A stretch of DNA of 63,935 bases, the filler included, from Reclinomonas americana ATCC 50394 (lineage: Eukaryota): NCBI GenBank assembly GCA_048213135.1. It is 4 parts of 2 records of this genome, joined end to end, with 100 filler letters (N's around TTAATTAATTAA, not from the genome) between each part and the next. Parts side by side here need not be neighbours in the genome. Positions count along the whole stretch, not along the records: positions 21,291 to 44,703 come from PS015024.1; 3 more parts are not named here. One strand, 5' to 3'. Shown piece by piece: positions 23,394-34,690 of this stretch. Within the stretch, counting starts at the first letter, position 1. Each line of letters opens with the position of its first letter. The position numbers and the translations under genes were made by a program. The notes beneath the pieces were generated by a model. It ran no database searches. It was given only the letters and a program-made list of their open reading frames with translations, and was not told the DNA's origin.

Positions 23394-24485
23394 TCAATGA
23401 ATAATTCTTCCTATGTTTAAAGAAATCATAGAAAAACTAATCTCCCCCTTCATTAGTCCATATACAATGGACGCAACTACTGCGGATGTTGCCGCCACGA
23501 GCCATGATACTATTTGGGGAGCACTCCTCTCCACCCAGCCCGGCTTCTTCTCGCGCAGGAAAATCGCGGCGTTTGGTATATGTCGGCGATGAATCCACGC
23601 CAGCAACTGTGTGAGCGCAACAACGGTTGCCAGAAAAAGGAAACGCTGGAGTATTTCCAGATCGGGAAGCGCGGCCAACGACGCAAGTAGTATTAGCGCA
23701 TTGAAGTTCAACCCAAACTGGCGAAAGCTATTCGCTAAAGGCTTCTCGCATTTCTTTAGAAAAATAGAGACACCTTCTGCCTTTCCTACTGCCCACGAGG
23801 CCTGCGCCGACTGAGTCGTAACAAGATTCTCCCCCGCGCCATTAAGCTCGACCGTAGCGGTTTTATTAAGCCCGAGTATTTCAGGCTCACTAATGCTCAT
23901 CTTGAGATAATTTAACGCGCCTATTTGCTCAAATTCACGAGCAAAATCGTCGGCGTAACGGCTAATTTCAGTTCCGCCCGCCCGATATGTCACGACCACC
24001 CTAGCCGATTGGCCGAAATCACGTCGAATTACATCAAACAAGAGACGCACATCTTCGGCATAAAGTCGAAGCGCACCGACCTTCCTCACAGCGGTATAGA
24101 GTTGCTCTTGAGCGGGAGGGGCATCTATTTGCTCACGGTCTTCCTGAGCTCGATCATGAGGAAAGAGCACAAAGGTTCCGGCCGCCCCTAGGGTGCTGGA
24201 CCAATCGCCGACAATTTGGCCCCTCGGGTCTAACCGTCCCGTGATAGTTAGATTGCCGAGTTCTGCAGGCTGGGCTGGGGTTGGGGCCGGGGTCGGGACC
24301 CCTTGCAGCTCGATTTTTCCGGATACAAACCGGCCCTCCACAGCGAAAGTTGCGAGCCCGAGATCACTATCGTTAAATCGCAAAACACCTCTAGGCTGCT
24401 CGGCCCCCGCGTCAAACTCGACGAATAAGTTGCCGGTGTTGGTGCCATAAGCCCGCCCCGCCCAACGACTGCCCAAGCCCTTCAT
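23394..24485 (-). CDS. Hypothetical protein: N-terminal Gly-rich beta-strand domain plus about 3 C-terminal TM helices
   Basis: 363-aa ORF with AAAGGAG RBS; AT-richer than flanking genes. Confidence 0.8.
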   Translation of the reverse strand: MKGLGSRWAGRAYGTNTGNLFVEFDAGAEQPRGVLRFNDSDLGLATFAVEGRFVSGKIELQGVPTPAPTPAQPAELGNLTITGRLDPRGQIVGDWSSTLGAAGTFVLFPHDRAQEDREQIDAPPAQEQLYTAVRKVGALRLYAEDVRLLFDVIRRDFGQSARVVVTYRAGGTEISRYADDFAREFEQIGALNYLKMSISEPEILGLNKTATVELNGAGENLVTTQSAQASWAVGKAEGVSIFLKKCEKPLANSFRQFGLNFNALILLASLAALPDLEILQRFLFLATVVALTQLLAWIHRRHIPNAAIFLREKKPGWVERSAPQIVSWLVAATSAVVASIVYGLMKGEISFSMISLNIGRIIH

Positions 24486-24506
24486 TTCGACTCCTTTATG
24501 AAGAGC

Positions 24507-25013
24507 TTATCGCGCGAGCATAGATGCCGCTATGGCAGCAAAAGGCGAAAACAACATGCAACACATGGCACCACGGATCCAATTACCGTTGAGCTTCATT
24601 CGCTCCTCGTTGTCGAGCAAATGACCATCAAGTATCGATGCGTAACCTGCGAGACTCTCCGGAAGATATTCATCGGTATTCACGACATCCAACCAATTGC
24701 TTGGAAGAGTGCCAATACAACCGAAGGCGATGGGTTTAGCAGCCCACATGGAACAAAAGGCTGCCAGCCCAAAAACAACGCCCACCGTTAGGGCACCGAT
24801 CTTCGCTCCGCCCTGCAAGGTGCCCATCGCGGCAATGACAAATCCACCCGCCACAGCACTCGTCCAAGTAGCCATTGCGCTTGCTCGGGCATCACTTGCC
24901 AACGCAATTTGAACCTGCATCTTGAAGCGTTCTTCGGCTTGTCTCACAATCTCAACGATCATCGCTGGGTCCTTTGACATCAAATCGCGATGATCAATCT
25001 GGGAACGAGACAT
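24507..25013 (-). CDS. Hypothetical 3-TM membrane protein (start 25013 or 24980)
   Basis: Helix ending DARA, two hydrophobic segments, polar loop, helix, terminal hydrophobic segment; ends 21 nt before the next gene. Confidence 0.7.
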   Translation of the reverse strand: MSRSQIDHRDLMSKDPAMIVEIVRQAEERFKMQVQIALASDARASAMATWTSAVAGGFVIAAMGTLQGGAKIGALTVGVVFGLAAFCSMWAAKPIAFGCIGTLPSNWLDVVNTDEYLPESLAGYASILDGHLLDNEERMKLNGNWIRGAMCCMLFSPFAAIAASMLAR

Positions 25014-25015
25014 CA

Positions 25016-25162
25016 ATGGCTCCGCCAAAGAATCCAGGAACAACCTCAAAGGGTGGCCAAGAACGTGGGGCCTTCAACGACAAGGCTCCGAACACAGCGC
25101 CCCGACCGCAAACGCCTACGCCAAATCAGCAGCCGACGCCTAGGCCGACCGACAAGAAGTGA
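25016..25162 (+). CDS. Putative 48-aa Pro/Thr-rich peptide
   Basis: MAPPKNPGTTSKGGQERGAFNDKAPNTAPRPQTPTPNQQPTPRPTDKK*; weak purine-rich RBS. Confidence 0.45.
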   Translation: MAPPKNPGTTSKGGQERGAFNDKAPNTAPRPQTPTPNQQPTPRPTDKK

Positions 25163-25274
25163 TCTTAACCTGAGGATGGCATCGCGTGGTGTCTACTCTT
25201 CGTTGCGTCTCACCACGTGTCGATCCCAGGGTGGGCCGGGTTGCTCAAGGACGGCGCTTCGCGCCGCCGCCCAG

Positions 25275-25401
25275 CCCCCTCTCCCATGGGGAGAGGGTCG
25301 GGGCGAGGGGGTACGGCGTCCGACGGCGCGCCGGCACTGCGGCGTAACCACTCTCCCGACCCCGGCTTTCGCCGGGGCCACCCTCTCCCGCTGGGAGAGG
25401 G
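25275..25401. repeat. Alphaproteobacterial palindromic intergenic repeat (CCCTCTCCC-N-GGGAGAGGG hairpins)
   Basis: Two such hairpins plus CCCCGGC-TTTC-GCCGGGG; a solo hairpin also at 26386-26405. Confidence 0.75.
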
Positions 25402-25458
25402 AACCGATCTGACGGGAAGGGGCGGACCCGCAGAACGTCCCCTCCGTCCGCGTCTCCC

Positions 25459-25824
25459 CTACCCCGCCGCCGTCGGCGTGCGGCGCCAGGCCCACAGGAA
25501 CAGGGCGGCCAGGGTCAGGTCGATGCTGGCGAACACCAGGGTCGGGGCGATGACGCGGCCTTGGGTCCACAGCCACCAGACCGGAACCCCGAAGGCCAGC
25601 TTCTCCAGCACGCCGGCCAGCATCAGCGGCCGGTAGCGCGCCGGGTCGCTGGCGATGACCAGGAACATCACCTGGGCGGCCAGGGCGGTGCCAATGAAGC
25701 CGTAGAAGTGCTCGGGATGGGCCAGCAGCGGGGCCGGGGCCGCGACCTGGGCCTCCAGAAAATAGAGCGGCGTCAGGGCGATCAGCCCATAGATCGCCGC
25801 GATCCTGAAAATCCAGCGCGCCAT
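25459..25824 (-). CDS. Hypothetical 4-TM membrane protein
   Basis: 121 aa, hydrophobic, high GC3, GGAGGGG RBS. Confidence 0.8.
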   Translation of the reverse strand: MARWIFRIAAIYGLIALTPLYFLEAQVAAPAPLLAHPEHFYGFIGTALAAQVMFLVIASDPARYRPLMLAGVLEKLAFGVPVWWLWTQGRVIAPTLVFASIDLTLAALFLWAWRRTPTAAG

Positions 25825-25909
25825 GTCGGTTCGGCCCCTCCCGCCGTCTCTCTTCGTTGGGTCGGCAGGTTAGCGGCAAACGGCGCAGGGGCCAGGGGGG
25901 CCGCGCGCC

Positions 25910-26314
25910 TCAGCCGTCGAGGCGCGGGCTCCGCCGCACCGGGAACAGCGCCCGCAGCGCCGGATCGCGCAGCCACAGGCCGCCCCACAGGAAGACACCC
26001 AGATAGAGGCTAAACAGCGTGTGGCTGAACAGCGGGCTGCCGGCGCGGATCTGCGTGGCCATCGCTCCGCCCAGGAGGCCGGTGAACAGCACCGCGCCCA
26101 AGAGGCGCGTGGGCGGAACGAGGTAAAGCACCAGGCACGCAAGCTCCACCAGCCCGATCATCAGCGTATGGCGCGGGTCCCAGCCCAGGGCCTGCAAGGT
26201 GGTGGTCGCCGCCGGGTGATGCAGCAGCTTGGGCGCGATCGACGCCCCGGCGATGAACAGGGAAAAGGCGCCGGTCAGCATCCAGCCGGCCCAGGGGATG
26301 ATCTTGTCGCGCAT
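25910..26314 (-). CDS. DoxX-like family membrane protein
   Basis: IGLVELACLVLYLVPPTRLLGAVLFTGLLGGAMATQIRAGSPLFSHTLF...WGGLWLRD; GGAGA RBS. Confidence 0.85.
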   Translation of the reverse strand: MRDKIIPWAGWMLTGAFSLFIAGASIAPKLLHHPAATTTLQALGWDPRHTLMIGLVELACLVLYLVPPTRLLGAVLFTGLLGGAMATQIRAGSPLFSHTLFSLYLGVFLWGGLWLRDPALRALFPVRRSPRLDG

Positions 26315-26432
26315 GCGGTGGGTCTCTCCGTTTTGGCCAAGGACGGACGAGGCGGGCGAAAGCCGACAGGGGAGCGCGGAGAAATCCCTCTCCCAAAGGG
26401 AGAGGAGAGACGCACAACGTCCGCCAGACATA

Positions 26433-26549
26433 CCGTGTCATCCCGGCCGCAGCGCGCAGCGCGGAGCGCCGGGACCCAGGGGGTGACGAAGCGCGGCGCT
26501 CTTGCAACCCCTGGGTCCCGGGTCGGCTTCGCCGCCCGGGATGACACGG
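26433..26549. repeat. 117-bp palindromic MITE/REP-like element (Caulobacter intergenic repeat type)
   Basis: Perfect 14-bp terminal inverted repeat CCGTGTCATCCCGG / CCGGGATGACACGG and inner CCGGGACCCAGGGG / CCCCTGGGTCCCGG. Confidence 0.8.
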
Positions 26550-26810
26550 GTTATGGGGATTGGCGGACGTGAACGCTCGGAATTGGCGAAGACGATCTCA
26601 ATGAAATCAATCGCTTCTCACTTTTACGACCAAACTTGTCCTCCGCGTTGAGACCCGCCCCATACTGGTCTCACCTCGTCGCGAGGAAAGGGCGCATGGC
26701 CAGCGACCATTTGCGGCGGCGGGGGGCGGTCGAGCGGGGACAGGTTCGAGGGGGTTACTCGGACGGTCCGGGGACCTGATGCTGGTCAGGNNNNNNNNNN
26801 NNNNNNNNNN

Positions 26811-27267
26811 CGAGGCCGGCGGCCTTCAGGGCTTTCGCCTGGTCGGCGGTCAGCATGCCGAGCGTGGCGCAGGTCTCCAGGCCCAGGGCCTTCACCTCGC
26901 CGATCATCTCGGTGAGCTTGGGCAGGTCGCGGTCCTTCAGCTCCCGCCAGGCCGCGCCCATGCAAAAGCGCTGGGCGCCGCCGTCGCGGGCCGCGCGGGC
27001 CTTGGCCACCACGTCGTCGGCGGCCATCAGCTTCTCGGCCTTCAGGCCCGTCTTGAAGTGGGCCGACTGGCTGCAATAGCCGCAGTTCTCGGCGCAGCCG
27101 CCGGTCTTGACCGACAACAGCTGCGACAGCTGGATCTCGGAGGGATCGAAGTGGGCGCGGTGGACGTTGGCGGCCTGGAACACAAGTTCCATGAACGGCA
27201 GGGCGAACAGCGCCTCGACCTCGGCAAGCGTCCAGTCGTGGCGGGGGGAAGCGTTGATCTCACTCAT
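26811..27267 (-). CDS. bioB: Biotin synthase, 3' part lost in gap
   Basis: [19 protein letters not shown] radical-SAM motif, [20 protein letters not shown]. Confidence 0.95.
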
Positions 27268-27362
27268 GGCCGGGACGTTTGGACCGACGCATGACGGTTG
27301 GCAAGAGTTCCGCTAGAGGTCATGGCGACGGGCCGGGCGCGGCGGTTGAAGAGGCTCCGATC

Positions 27363-27949
27363 ATGGATCGCGAGATCGAGCTGAAGTTCCTGATCCCGCC
27401 CGAGGCGGCCGAGGCGATCCTTGGCGCCCTGGACGGCGAGGGCGCGGTGCGCCAGCTCGACGCCACCTACTACGACACCGCCGATCATGCGCTGCGCCGG
27501 GCCGGCTTTGGCCTGCGGGTGCGCGACGGCGAGGGCGGGCGCAAGCAGACCCTGAAATCGGCCTCGGCCGGCGGGGTGTTCTCGCGCGGCGAATGGGAGG
27601 AGACGATCGCCGGCCCCGCCCCCGATCGCGGCGCCCTGGCCCGCACGCCGGTGGCCCAGATACTGGCCGAAGCGGCGCTGGTGCCGGTGTTCACCACGCG
27701 GGTAGAGCGGGTGATCCGCCTCGTCCGCGTCGGCGAGACACTGATCGAGGTGGCGCTGGATCGCGGCGAGCTCAGCGCCGGGGACCGCCACGCGGTCGTC
27801 TGCGAGCTCGAGCTCGAATTGAAGGCGGGCGAGGCGCAGGCGCTGTTCGATCTGGCGCGCACCCTGGCCCGGCATGCGCCGTTGCGCCTGTCGCTGATCA
27901 GCAAGGCCGAGCGCGGCTATAGTCTGGCGGCCGGGGACGCGACGCCGAC
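27363..27949 (+). CDS. CYTH-domain (probably CYTH-CHAD) protein, truncated at gap
   Basis: EIELKF, YYDT, LRVR, QTLK, RGEWE, EVALDRG, ELELELKAG, SKAERGY. Confidence 0.9.
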
Positions 27950-27969
27950 NNNNNNNNNNNNNNNNNNNN

Positions 27970-30244
27970 GTCCACGTCGTCTGCAAGGCAGCGCAACCCG
28001 TCAGTGTGTCTGTGTGTGAGTTGTTACGCATTCCGCAGTGTGCACACAAAACCTCGTGGAACATTGTCGGCGTCCCCACCGTCGGCTGCTTGCGCATTGT
28101 TGTTCACCAGCACGTTGTTTTCGTCAAACGGATTCCATTGCAGCGGTGCTCCTCTGCGCATCAGGCAGTCAGCAGCAGTGCACAGACGCAAAAAAACGAC
28201 AATCACTCTGCACGCGTGACGAACTCGTCGACGAGGACCGGGGCCGGTGGAATCGTAATGTACGAGGGTCTCGGGCGGAACGTCCAGCCAACAACGACAA
28301 ACACCACCAGGCCGAGTGCCTGCTCCACAGCCTCGGAGAGGAATTCTGCGCTCGATCGAGTCAGTAAGGGATAGAGAGAGAGAGAGAGAGAGAGTCGACC
28401 AATTCGGAACGTAACCTTGCCGCCACGAGAGAATGGAGAAGCGAATGAAGACGAGAAATATGGGAACCACCAAGTAGGAGAGGAAGGCCCAGCGGAAGGC
28501 ACTGTGACAGGGAGAGACAGTGAGCGGGCGACTTGTGGCACGCTCGACATGAATGCTCCGGTGCACACAACGTAAACAACCGCAGGCGAGCCACCAACTC
28601 CATGCGCAGTTCCACCCACGCTTCCCCCGTGATCATGCTGCGTAACCGCTGGATGTTGGTGTTCATCGTCACCAGGATGCCAAAGGTGATGAGGAAGCGA
28701 ATGACGTTGAATGAGAGCTGTGGCGACGAGGAATGACCGTCAGTGCACCAGCAGACGCGCGTACAGTGAGGCCACACACTCGCTTACCATGTAGGCTGGA
28801 CACAAGTTCGGTTCGCGGCACAATGCATTCAAGATCTGGAACACCACGTATAACATAAAGGCGGCCCAGAACAGTTGATTTTCACGCGCACTGAGCAGCG
28901 GCCGTGTAATGCTGTAGCCTGTGTTGCGAAGGCATATGAGTGGGTGAGGTGCATGGCAGAGAGGTTACCTACGCGACGAACCCATGGCTGTGAGGAGCAA
29001 GAACGCCAGGAACATGGTGTTCGAGACGATGACCAGCAGCTGCGATGCATTGCTACGGACTGGAGGTGAGGCAAGGAGAACAAAAGTACGCATGTGCACA
29101 AGAAAAGGCGACAAAAAGAAACGCAACGCAATGAGAGTGTGATCATCGCCGGTGCGTGAGAGCGACACCAGCGCCCAGTAGGAGGTGATCATTTCGAAGA
29201 ACTTGAGGTACACGGAGAGGGTGAAGATTTGGTGGATTTTCAGCAGGTGCTGCCGCTCTCGCATGTACACCGTCACCCACAGGAACGTGAAGATGAGGTA
29301 CACAAAAGCCAGCGTCTGGAACGTGCGAAGCAGCGGTGCCATGTCCAACGACAAGTGTGATCCCTTCGAGTCCACAAAATTGATTACGCCCTGCACTCCA
29401 ACACGATGAGTGGCGACGGCGACAGCGGCCACAATGACGGTACGTGTCACACCTGCACATCCAAGGCCACTCGATCACAGTTCATGATGAACAGCGTGTA
29501 CTGCTCGAGCGAATGCACAATGCCAGTGAACTTGATCTTCTTCACCAATGTTCCCTTGACAAGCTCAGCCGGCTGGTCAAAGTAGAAGCGCTATGCGTGC
29601 CACAATCGCCGTCATCACCACCATCATCAAGCACGGAGAGGCGCGACAGAAACACACACACACCAGTGCGGCGGGCGTATCGCAAATCGATCTCTTCTCG
29701 TACAGTTTGATGGCCTTGAGTGAGAGCTGCGCCAGCATGGTCAGCCAAGGTACCACCACCACCACCCCGACTCAACACAACAACGCACCCAGTCAGCATA
29801 CGTGAACGAGACCACAGCCAAGTGCGGCGATCGCTCTTCGGGAGTTGTCTCCTGCCGCATCGTCACATGAGAGAGAATCAGCACACACAGAGAGAGCAAC
29901 AGAGGTGAGAAGCACACTGCGCTCTGTGCCTCTCTCTCACTCGCTCACCAGCAGCGCCACTGACAACTCGCCAAAGATTCGTGATCCCGGGTCCAACCCA
30001 AACGCCTTGGGGTACAGTGGATACACGAATGTCGAGTTTGCCTCAAACTCTACCCAACACACATAAGCACACACACACTCACTCACGAGCGCACACACTC
30101 ACTCACGAGCGCACACACACATAGAGTCGCCAGCAAACACTCACCGAGGTCGACATTGTGTGAAATGGCGTCGACTGGCGTGGCTAACCTGACAAGCATG
30201 AGCTGCACGACGAGTGCACATGTCAACACACATAATCGCCTCAT
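27970..30244 (-). CDS. GPR107/GPR108/TMEM87-like (GOST/LUSTR) 7TM protein, 3' end at gap
   Basis: Signal peptide, lumenal domain, then seven hydrophobic segments including LLKIHQIFT and LLTAMGYSITRPLL; GT-AG introns. Confidence 0.7.
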
Positions 30245-30356
30245 GTGGGCACAGCGAGGGAGTGTGTGTGCGAAGCTTAAGTTGAGGTGCGGAAATTTCA
30301 TGTCTTACAGGCCATAAAGTTTTGCGCGTTGTTGTTGTGCGGCGATTGCTGGGTGG

Positions 30357-32757
30357 ATGGAGAGGTGAGTGGTTGCCTGCGCACACTGCGTCGCCCTTTC
30401 TGCCGTGAATCGATTTCTTTCTCTGTTCTCGTGTGCGCGCGTGTGTGTGAGAGTGTGCGCGACATTTTCGCTCCTTTTTTCGCTCGCTCATGTGCGTCTC
30501 TCTGTGTGTTTGCGGTGCGCAGTCGTCTTGCCACTGCCAGTGCGCCTGGCAAGGTGTGTTTTGTTGTGCTTGCCGATCATGGAGAGGAGATACTGAGTGC
30601 GATCATCGCATAGGTGTTGGTCACTGGTGGATACCTGGTGCTTGATCGCAAGTGGGAGGGACTGGTGTTGACAGTGTCGGCGCGCTTCCACAGCGTGGCA
30701 CGGTGCTTGAACACGGTGAGTGTGTGTGGGAGATAAACTCCGCTCGACATTGAAAGCGTGATCCGAACACGCGCGCGCAGGCATCGTTGGACGGCGTGCT
30801 GGTCGTCGAGAGTCCGCAACTGGGCGAGGAGCGTGCGTACAGAGTGCGTTACGGCAGTGGCGATGATGAGGAGGTGTCGCTGGTGCAGGTGGCCGGTCCG
30901 CCATCGTCCAACCCGTTTCTCGAGAAGAGTTTGGTGTGCGCACTGGCCTCGGCGGCGGCGGTGCTCGGCGCGGACGGGCTGGCCGCTGCGCTTGTCGGTG
31001 GCGTGCATCTGACCACGCTCGGCGACAATGACTTTTACTCGCAGCGTCGATGGGTGCGCTCGTGTGTCGCCTTTTCTTGTTATGCGAATCGCGTACTCGT
31101 GGCTCACACTGCATGCTGTGGTTGTCGCGCGATGCAGCTGGACGCGCTGCAGTTGCCGTTGTGCTCCGAGTCGCTGCGATCGCTTCCGTTGTTCTGCCAG
31201 CCGTTTGTCGAGGGAGTCGTGTCGCCGCAGTCGTGTCGGCCGAGAATACACAGCGGTGTCGAAGCGGAGCAGTTTGTGGCGACGGGTGCGTGTCTCGCAC
31301 ACTCCCTATTTCGCGTCTCCTTTATCTGACGAGATGCGTGATCTGCGTGGGGAAACAGGTGCTCGACTAACAGCCGCCCCGCAACAAATCAACAAGACGG
31401 GTCTCGGCAGCTCGGCAGCACTGGTCGTCAGCGTGGTGGCAGCAGTGTTGAAGTACGTGGGCATCCTGTCACCGGAGGTGCGTCGTGTGCCTTTTCTCTC
31501 CCTGTGCAGCAATTGCTCACCCACCGTGTGTGTCGCACAGCGAGTGGATTTGGAGTGCATTCACCGGCTATGTCAGCTGGCGCACTGTTCGGCGCAGGAG
31601 AAGATCGGCAGTGGTTTCGATGTGTCGAGTGCGGTGTTTGGTTCGCATGTCTACAGACGCTTCTCGCCGCTGCTGTTGGTGGATTCGCTGAGTGAGGTGT
31701 GTGTGTATGTGTGCGCGTGTGTGTGCATGCATTCATCTTACAACCACCGACAGATTCGCTCGCATCGCGACGAGTCAACGCAGTCGTTGCGTCACACCGT
31801 GTCACCACATCGCATGTTCCAGCAGCTGGGCATTGCAAAGCGAGCCGACGGGAACGCATTGTGCGTCGAGGCACATGGTCATGCCGTTGCGTTGACATCA
31901 AACTCAGTTGTTTGTGTGAGACCACGTCCTCACCGCACGTGCAGTGGGATCACGAACATGTGGAGGTGCACTTGCCGCCACATTTGGTTCTGTGCGTTGG
32001 CGACATTGAGGGTGGATCGAGCACGCCATCAATGGTACGCTCGGTGCTGCAGTGGAGGGAGCAGAGCGCCGCCGAGGGTGCGTGTGTTGCCGCCACTTCA
32101 GTTCACTTTACGCAATGCGCACTTACGATCTTCTTTTATTTTTCCCCTCGTTGCTGCAGCCGAACCACTGCTGTCCTCGCTGGCCGAGAGCAACGGCTTG
32201 GTGGCCAGCGGTCTGCGCGCTCTGTGCATGCTGGCGGCTGAGAACGGCGAAGTATATCGCGCGACGCTCGACGCCCTGGCACAAAAGCCAGCAGAGGCGT
32301 GGTCAGCTGTGTTTTCCGCGGAGCAGCCGGAGGCTCTGCAGTCACGCATCGCGGCGCTCCTGCTGCAGATTCGACACGATTTCGTGCATGTGCGGTGCCA
32401 GTTGAAGAAGATGGGCGACCTGGCGGCAGTGCCCATCGAACCGGACTCGCAGACGGTAATCTGCGACAAGTCCATTGCACAACCGGGTGTCTTGCTGGCC
32501 GGTGTCCCTGGAGGTTTGATTTTCCCCCGCGCAGCTGGCGATGTTTTGAAAGGTAGCTGAAGTGCTGGTGCGCAGCGGGTGGTTTTGACGCAGTCTTTTG
32601 CCTGGTGCTCGGCGAGGAGGCGAAGAGGCGGTTGGAGGTGGATGTGTGGTCATCGTGCGAGCAGCTGCGCGTCGGCTGTCTCGGTCTCTCGCAGTACGAC
32701 GCCGGACTGAGCTTGACACCGAATGCCGAACTGCTGCGCGTGCTCGACGGTGAATAG
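30357..32757 (+). CDS. ERG8: Phosphomevalonate kinase, GHMP/ERG8 type
   Basis: ASAPGK|VLVTGGYLVLD, SARFH, NPFLE, DNDFYS, KTGLGSSAALV, AHCSAQEKIGSGFDVSSAVFGS, GGSSTPSMV, VPIEPDSQT, GVPGAGGFDAVF. Confidence 0.93.
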
Positions 32758-32834
32758 CGACCGCTGTGCTACCTCTTTTATGTGCCGTCATTTTCTCTTA
32801 AAGTATAACAACACCCTGCAATTAACACACTACT

Positions 32835-34625
32835 TCACTTGAGATCATAATACCGATACAACTCATCTATTTTGGCCTGCATCTCCTTGACTTGCGCGTC
32901 GGTGAGGTTCTCGACGTCACCCACTACGCCGCTATGGAAGATCTCCAGCAGCTGCGCCTCTTCTTCGGCACTCTCCGGTCCTCGCGCGGCCGCCTGTTGG
33001 TACGCCTGGTCGATGCGCCGTGCAATGTCAAACTCGAGCGCCGTCAGCACCTCCGAGCCGTTGACTTGCGGTTGCACAATCACTTCGACGCCACCCGGAT
33101 GCAACTCGAGGGTCGGCGGTGGCACGCCCAGCTGCATACGTGTGTGAGAGAAGCATTCCACAACTTACGTAGAGAAGCACAGTGCACCTCTCGCATCTCC
33201 AGCTCGACTTGCTGGCGGAACATGTTGAGTTTGTCGCTGGTGATAAAGGCCGCCGACATGCGCAACGCAGGCGGGCGCTCAGCTCCGCTCAACCAGTACG
33301 ACGCCAGCTGTGTATCCTCTGCATAGCGCAGGGTGAGAATGAGGTTCGCGACGTGCATTTCACGCTGGACTCACCAGCCTCGGGCGACAAGCCGTCGGCG
33401 TGCCGTGCCATGCGTCTCCAGAACTCGTCGATTCGCTCCGCCACGGGTCTCAGTTCGTCGGCGGTCGGCACGGGTTCCTGCGGTGACAGTGGTGGCAGCG
33501 GACCCTGACGCGGCGAGCGAGTGTTTAAGCACTACTCGACGGCCGGACGCACACAACGGAGACCGACCACTCACCGCCTTGAAGTCGGGGTCGTAGTTGC
33601 CGGGGCCGTACCGCTCATCAAAGTGATCCTTGAACACGCGCGCAGCCGGTGGAGCGATGACACGCATGGCTCGCACAAAGTCCTCGTCTTTGAACTCACC
33701 AGTCCACGTGCCGTCCTTGGAGGCCATTTGCTCCAGCTCGCGGAACGTGGCATCAATGGCCTCTGCCACATCGTCGTCGGTGAGCGTCGAGAACTTTTGC
33801 ACCTCGTCGTGGTTGTACAAGACGGCGTTGTAGGCGGCCATGGTGGCCTCGGCGCGTTTCTGCTCACCAGTGACATGAGAACGCTGTGTAAACACACACG
33901 CTTTGCGAACCCACAACAAACTCACGGTGGCATCGCGGGGCAGCAGGTACTCGTCGGCGTAGCGCTTGGCGTCAAAGTACAGCGGTGCATCAGCAAAGCC
34001 ATCCACCTACAGAAGACGAATGAATGGGTAAACACACGCGCGCACGCTGTGTTTCTCTCACTCCCATCACAGTACCTTCCAGTTGGACGAGACCGCCTGC
34101 AGCGCCTGCTCCACCTGCGCCCACTGGTCGAGTCGCTGCGCCTGCAACTTGGCGCGCCACGCGCTCCAGTCGTTCTTCCGCGTACCATTCTCAAAGTCAA
34201 ACTCTTTCCACTCGGGATGCCGCGGTCCCAGTGTCTCCAGGTTCTCGTGCAGATACGAGTCTGGCGTGGCGAGTGAGCAGCGAATTGATAAGAGAGAGGG
34301 GAGAGAGAGAGAGAGAGAAGCACAACACACCGGGGTTCAGCTTGGGCGCGTACTTGAGATCCTCGACCTCACGATGCACGTTGCCATACAACACATCACG
34401 CACGTATCGCTGCTCGTGCTCTGACAAGCGCGAGTCGGCCACTGTCACCGTCTCTGATGCAGTGGTGGGCGACGATGAGGATGACGAGGTCTCCTCCACC
34501 TCCTGTCTCTTGCGTCCACGCTTCTTGCTCTCGTTGACAGTGGCAGTCGATGATGCCCATCTGAGTGTGGCAGGCAGCAGGCGCGACCCAGGTCGCGGCA
34601 CACAACACGCTCGCACCCACCACAT
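32835..34625 (-). CDS. Hypothetical protein, possible mitochondrial presequence
   Basis: Six or more phase-compatible exons; Arg-rich, acid-free N-terminus MWWVRACCVPRPGSRLLPATLRWASST. Confidence 0.6.
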
Positions 34626-34690
34626 AGCAACGAAGCAAACAACGAAGACAAACTCGCTCCGTCTGTCAACGATTGTCATCCGCTCTCTCG

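Larger units (their letters stand above)
21375..27949. other. Caulobacter-like alphaproteobacterial segment
   Basis: Intronless high-GC genes, no microsatellites, bacterial housekeeping genes, palindromic intergenic repeats. Confidence 0.9.
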
